From: Girardia tigrina
Lineage: Eukaryota
DNA: 53,865 bases
NCBI GenBank assembly: GCA_001938485.1
Contig: MQRK01248958.1
Location: 7,849-61,713 of the forward strand
Direction: 5' to 3'
A program made the position numbers and the translations under genes. How positions within the stretch are numbered: the first letter of the stretch is position 1; the number at the start of each line of letters is the position of its first letter. Shown here in pieces: positions 51,045 through 53,865 of the stretch. The notes beneath the pieces are model-generated. The model was given only the letters and a program-made list of their open reading frames with translations, was not told the origin of the DNA and did not search any database.

Positions 51045-51452
51045 AGAAGTGAAAGATCATCCACGTGGAGGCAGACCTCATAAACTAAGCCCAGATCAGA
51101 AAGAGTGATTAAACGCAAAAGTCGTTTAAACAATGATATTTCCACGTTAAATATTACAAGGATATTTAATTCTTCTTCCTCAATAGCCATAAGTAAGTTG
51201 ACAGTCGAAAGGATTTTACAGAAATAGGAAATACGGGCATTCCAAACTGCCTCTCATGGTTTGCCTCCACGTGGCTGGTCTTTCACTTCTCCTGTCTTTA
51301 AATACTTCGCCCATATTTTTTGCATTCCACGTTTTGAAATATTTCTATTATATCTTGTAAATAGTTCGACCTTTATTTGATTATATGTACTTCCTGCATT
51401 TTTAAGTGCAACAATCATTCCACGCTCAAATTCACTAAATACTCTTGACGTT
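51045..51452. mobile_element. rearranged Tc1-like transposase N-terminus
   Basis: Minus 51256-51450: SRVFSEFERGMIVALKNAG...KTGEVKDQPRGGKP. Plus 51046 onward: EVKDHPRGGRPHKLS. Confidence 0.75.
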
Positions 51453-51944
51453 TAATTTATCTAAAATTTAAAAAAAATAAGTCATTAATGAAAATTTCAA
51501 TATTTAACATATAAATTCAAATGTGTAGCATAAAAAAACTATATATAAACAAATATTCAAAATTAATATNNNNNNNNNNNNNNNNNNNNNNNNNNNNNNN
51601 NNNNNNNNNNNNNNNNNNNNNNNNNNNNNNNNNNNNNNNNNNNNNNNNNNNNNNNNNNNNNNNNNNNNNNNNNNNNNNNNNNNNNNNNNNNNNNNNNNNN
51701 NNNNNNNNNNNNNNNNNNNNNNNNNNNNNNNNNNNNNNNNNNNNNNNNNNNNNNNNNNNNNNNNNNNNNNNNNNNNNNNNNNNNNNNNNNNNNNNNNNNN
51801 NNNNNNNNNNNNNNNNNNNNNNNNNNNNNNNNNNNNNNNNNNNNNNNNNNNNNNNNNNNNNNNNNNNNNNNNNNNNNNNNNNNNNNNNNNNNNNNNNNNN
51901 NNNNNNNNNNNNNNNNNNNNNNNNNNNNNNNNNNNNNNNNTGTG

Positions 51945-52783
51945 TGTTATGTCGAATTTGTGTAATTGCCGAATTCGTGAAATCGGCAACAGTTTGCTGA
52001 AATAGTGTTATTGACGAATTTATGAACTAGTCAATTTTTGCCGATTTCAATATTTATATGAAAATTTTTCATTTTAAAATGAAAATTTCTCAATTTTAAA
52101 TGAAATATTTAATATTAAAAAATTGATTTTTCAATTAATTATGAAATTCTATAAAAATAAAAATAAATTCTTTATTTAATATGAAAAAATATCAATTTAA
52201 TATGAGATAATGTTAATTTAATATCAAAAATACTGTATTTAATATGATAAAAATATCAATTTATAATAAAAATTATCTATGTAATATGAAAAGATAAATT
52301 ACTTGTAAAAAAATCCTAATTTATTATGCAAAATAGATTCCAAATGTAAAATTTTTATTCACAGTTATTTAAACTTCTGCATTGGTCGCAAGCTGAATTG
52401 CAAACGTTTGTATTTAAAAACATTTGCATATTAAATTGATATTTCTTTCATATTGAATAAAATTTTCGTCTTAAATCGATATTTTTTCAAATTAAATTGA
52501 TTTTTTATATTAAATCGATATTTTTTAATATTAAATTGAAATTTTTTTCGTATTAAAAACATAATTTTCGTATTAAATTAATATTTTTGCAAATTAAATT
52601 GATTTTTTTATATTTAATCGATATTTTTTCATATTAAATTAATATTTTTTCGTATTAAATATAAATATTTTCTTAATAGATACAAATTTTTTCATATTAA
52701 ATATTAATATCAATTGCATAAATGAATTAAAAAATTGCCGAGTTCGTGAATTTGGCAAGTCGGTTGCCTAATTCGGCATAACA
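51945..52783. mobile_element. foldback/MITE with TGT...ACA ends and internal about 21-bp tandem repeats
   Basis: TIR TGTTATGYCGAATT; subterminal TTGCCGARTTCGTGAA motifs; ATATTAAATTGATATTTTTTC-like array at 52430-52700, inverted copies at about 52150-52300. Confidence 0.7.
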
Positions 52784-53865
52784 TATATAATAATATTACC
52801 TATATTTTGATTTTACAACTAGTATAGAATAACGTTGAAAATTTTTTATTATAACAATTTTCAAATTAAGTGTTATTTTTACTGCGTTTTATGTACATTT
52901 GCTCAGTTTGTCTGTTATGTAGAAATAACTTCTCTTAGTTTTCTTCATCTGATTGAGCTGAAATTTTGCAAAATTATTTCCCATTATATTTTATTTATAA
53001 TATATCAAAACATTTACTAATTAATTTATCTAAAATTATTTTAACTCTAAGGAATAAAATCGATAATTGATAATAAATTAAATCCAGATCATAAAGGGGA
53101 ATGATAGTTATTCGTGTTGAACTAAGAACTCACCAAATACAAGTGTGGTGTTTCTTTATATATTTATTTAACTTGTTTTAAATTAAAATTTTCAAGCATT
53201 GATCACAGAATCCCTTAGAGAAATAAAGACAAAATATTTTTAACAAAAAGATTTTGTTATGTTTTCTGTTGTTACATTATCGAAATTAGTGAAATTGAAC
53301 GGTTGAAATCGTTTGTTTAATTTTAATTGCCAATTTTAAATTGATAATGATTCTTGATTTATTCAGGTTGGTCAAAAAAGAGTATGGATCGCTTTGGCAT
53401 CTGTAGTCATTTATGAATATCATTCAAAAAAATTCGGTCTAAATCGATGAAGATATCCGGACGATCGTTATTTGCGGCAACAGGGAAAAAGTATCCTTGA
53501 GATGGTCAATCGCGTCGTTTGATATAAAAAAATATATTTTCAATAAAATTATACTATGATAAAATTATACTTATTCTAAGAATAAGTTGTTTTATTTTAA
53601 ATACATAGAGTTTTATTTGAAATGCATTATTTGATGTATTTTGAGTGGATAAGCTACTGGTGATGTGACGGCCTATGTGAAAAGAAACACGGTGAACCTT
53701 GTATATCTTTTGAAAAATTTGAGATTTCAGACAGTCGTAATAGAAGATGTGGTGATGTCATTTCCCACCACATTCAGTAATATTGAACTCCAATGATGTC
53801 AAATCTTATGACATAACTAGAGTTCAAATTCCGGTGATTTCATATGTCATGACATCACCGGAATG

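Noticed and set aside
4985-51452. Stop-codon reassignment as an explanation for in-frame stops
   Set aside because: Stops of all three kinds co-occur with frameshifts in TE relics, and the host exons read cleanly in the standard code.

Overview
This is very AT-rich eukaryotic DNA, most likely from an invertebrate animal, in a gapped draft assembly. No prokaryote-type system (operon, CRISPR array) is visible. The one host gene I can support is a minus-strand PCBP/mub-type KH-domain gene. Four phase-0 coding exons can be read: 16729-17019, a 24-nt microexon, a 33-nt microexon, and a 117-nt exon at 10266-10382. Together they rebuild the first KH domain, and the rest of the gene probably lies left of the window. 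Nearly everything else recognisable is decayed, often nested transposable-element material: several mariners (DD34D confirmed in one), Tc1 elements (one DD35E, one with an apparent spliceosomal intron), piggyBac/hAT/pogo MITEs with target-site duplications (TSDs), and a MULE relic; a Helitron 3' end; an internally deleted Gypsy element with both LTRs and a TSD; RTE-like LINE copies with a multi-C2H2 zinc-finger tail; Penelope-like fragments with minimal hammerhead motifs; and two SINE families, one with a 5S rRNA-derived head. The best leads are the 5S-headed SINE, the zinc-finger-tailed LINE, the intron-containing Tc1, the hammerhead motifs, and a triple-hairpin TGATGTCA array at the right edge. 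All family assignments come from manual motif recognition, not database searches.
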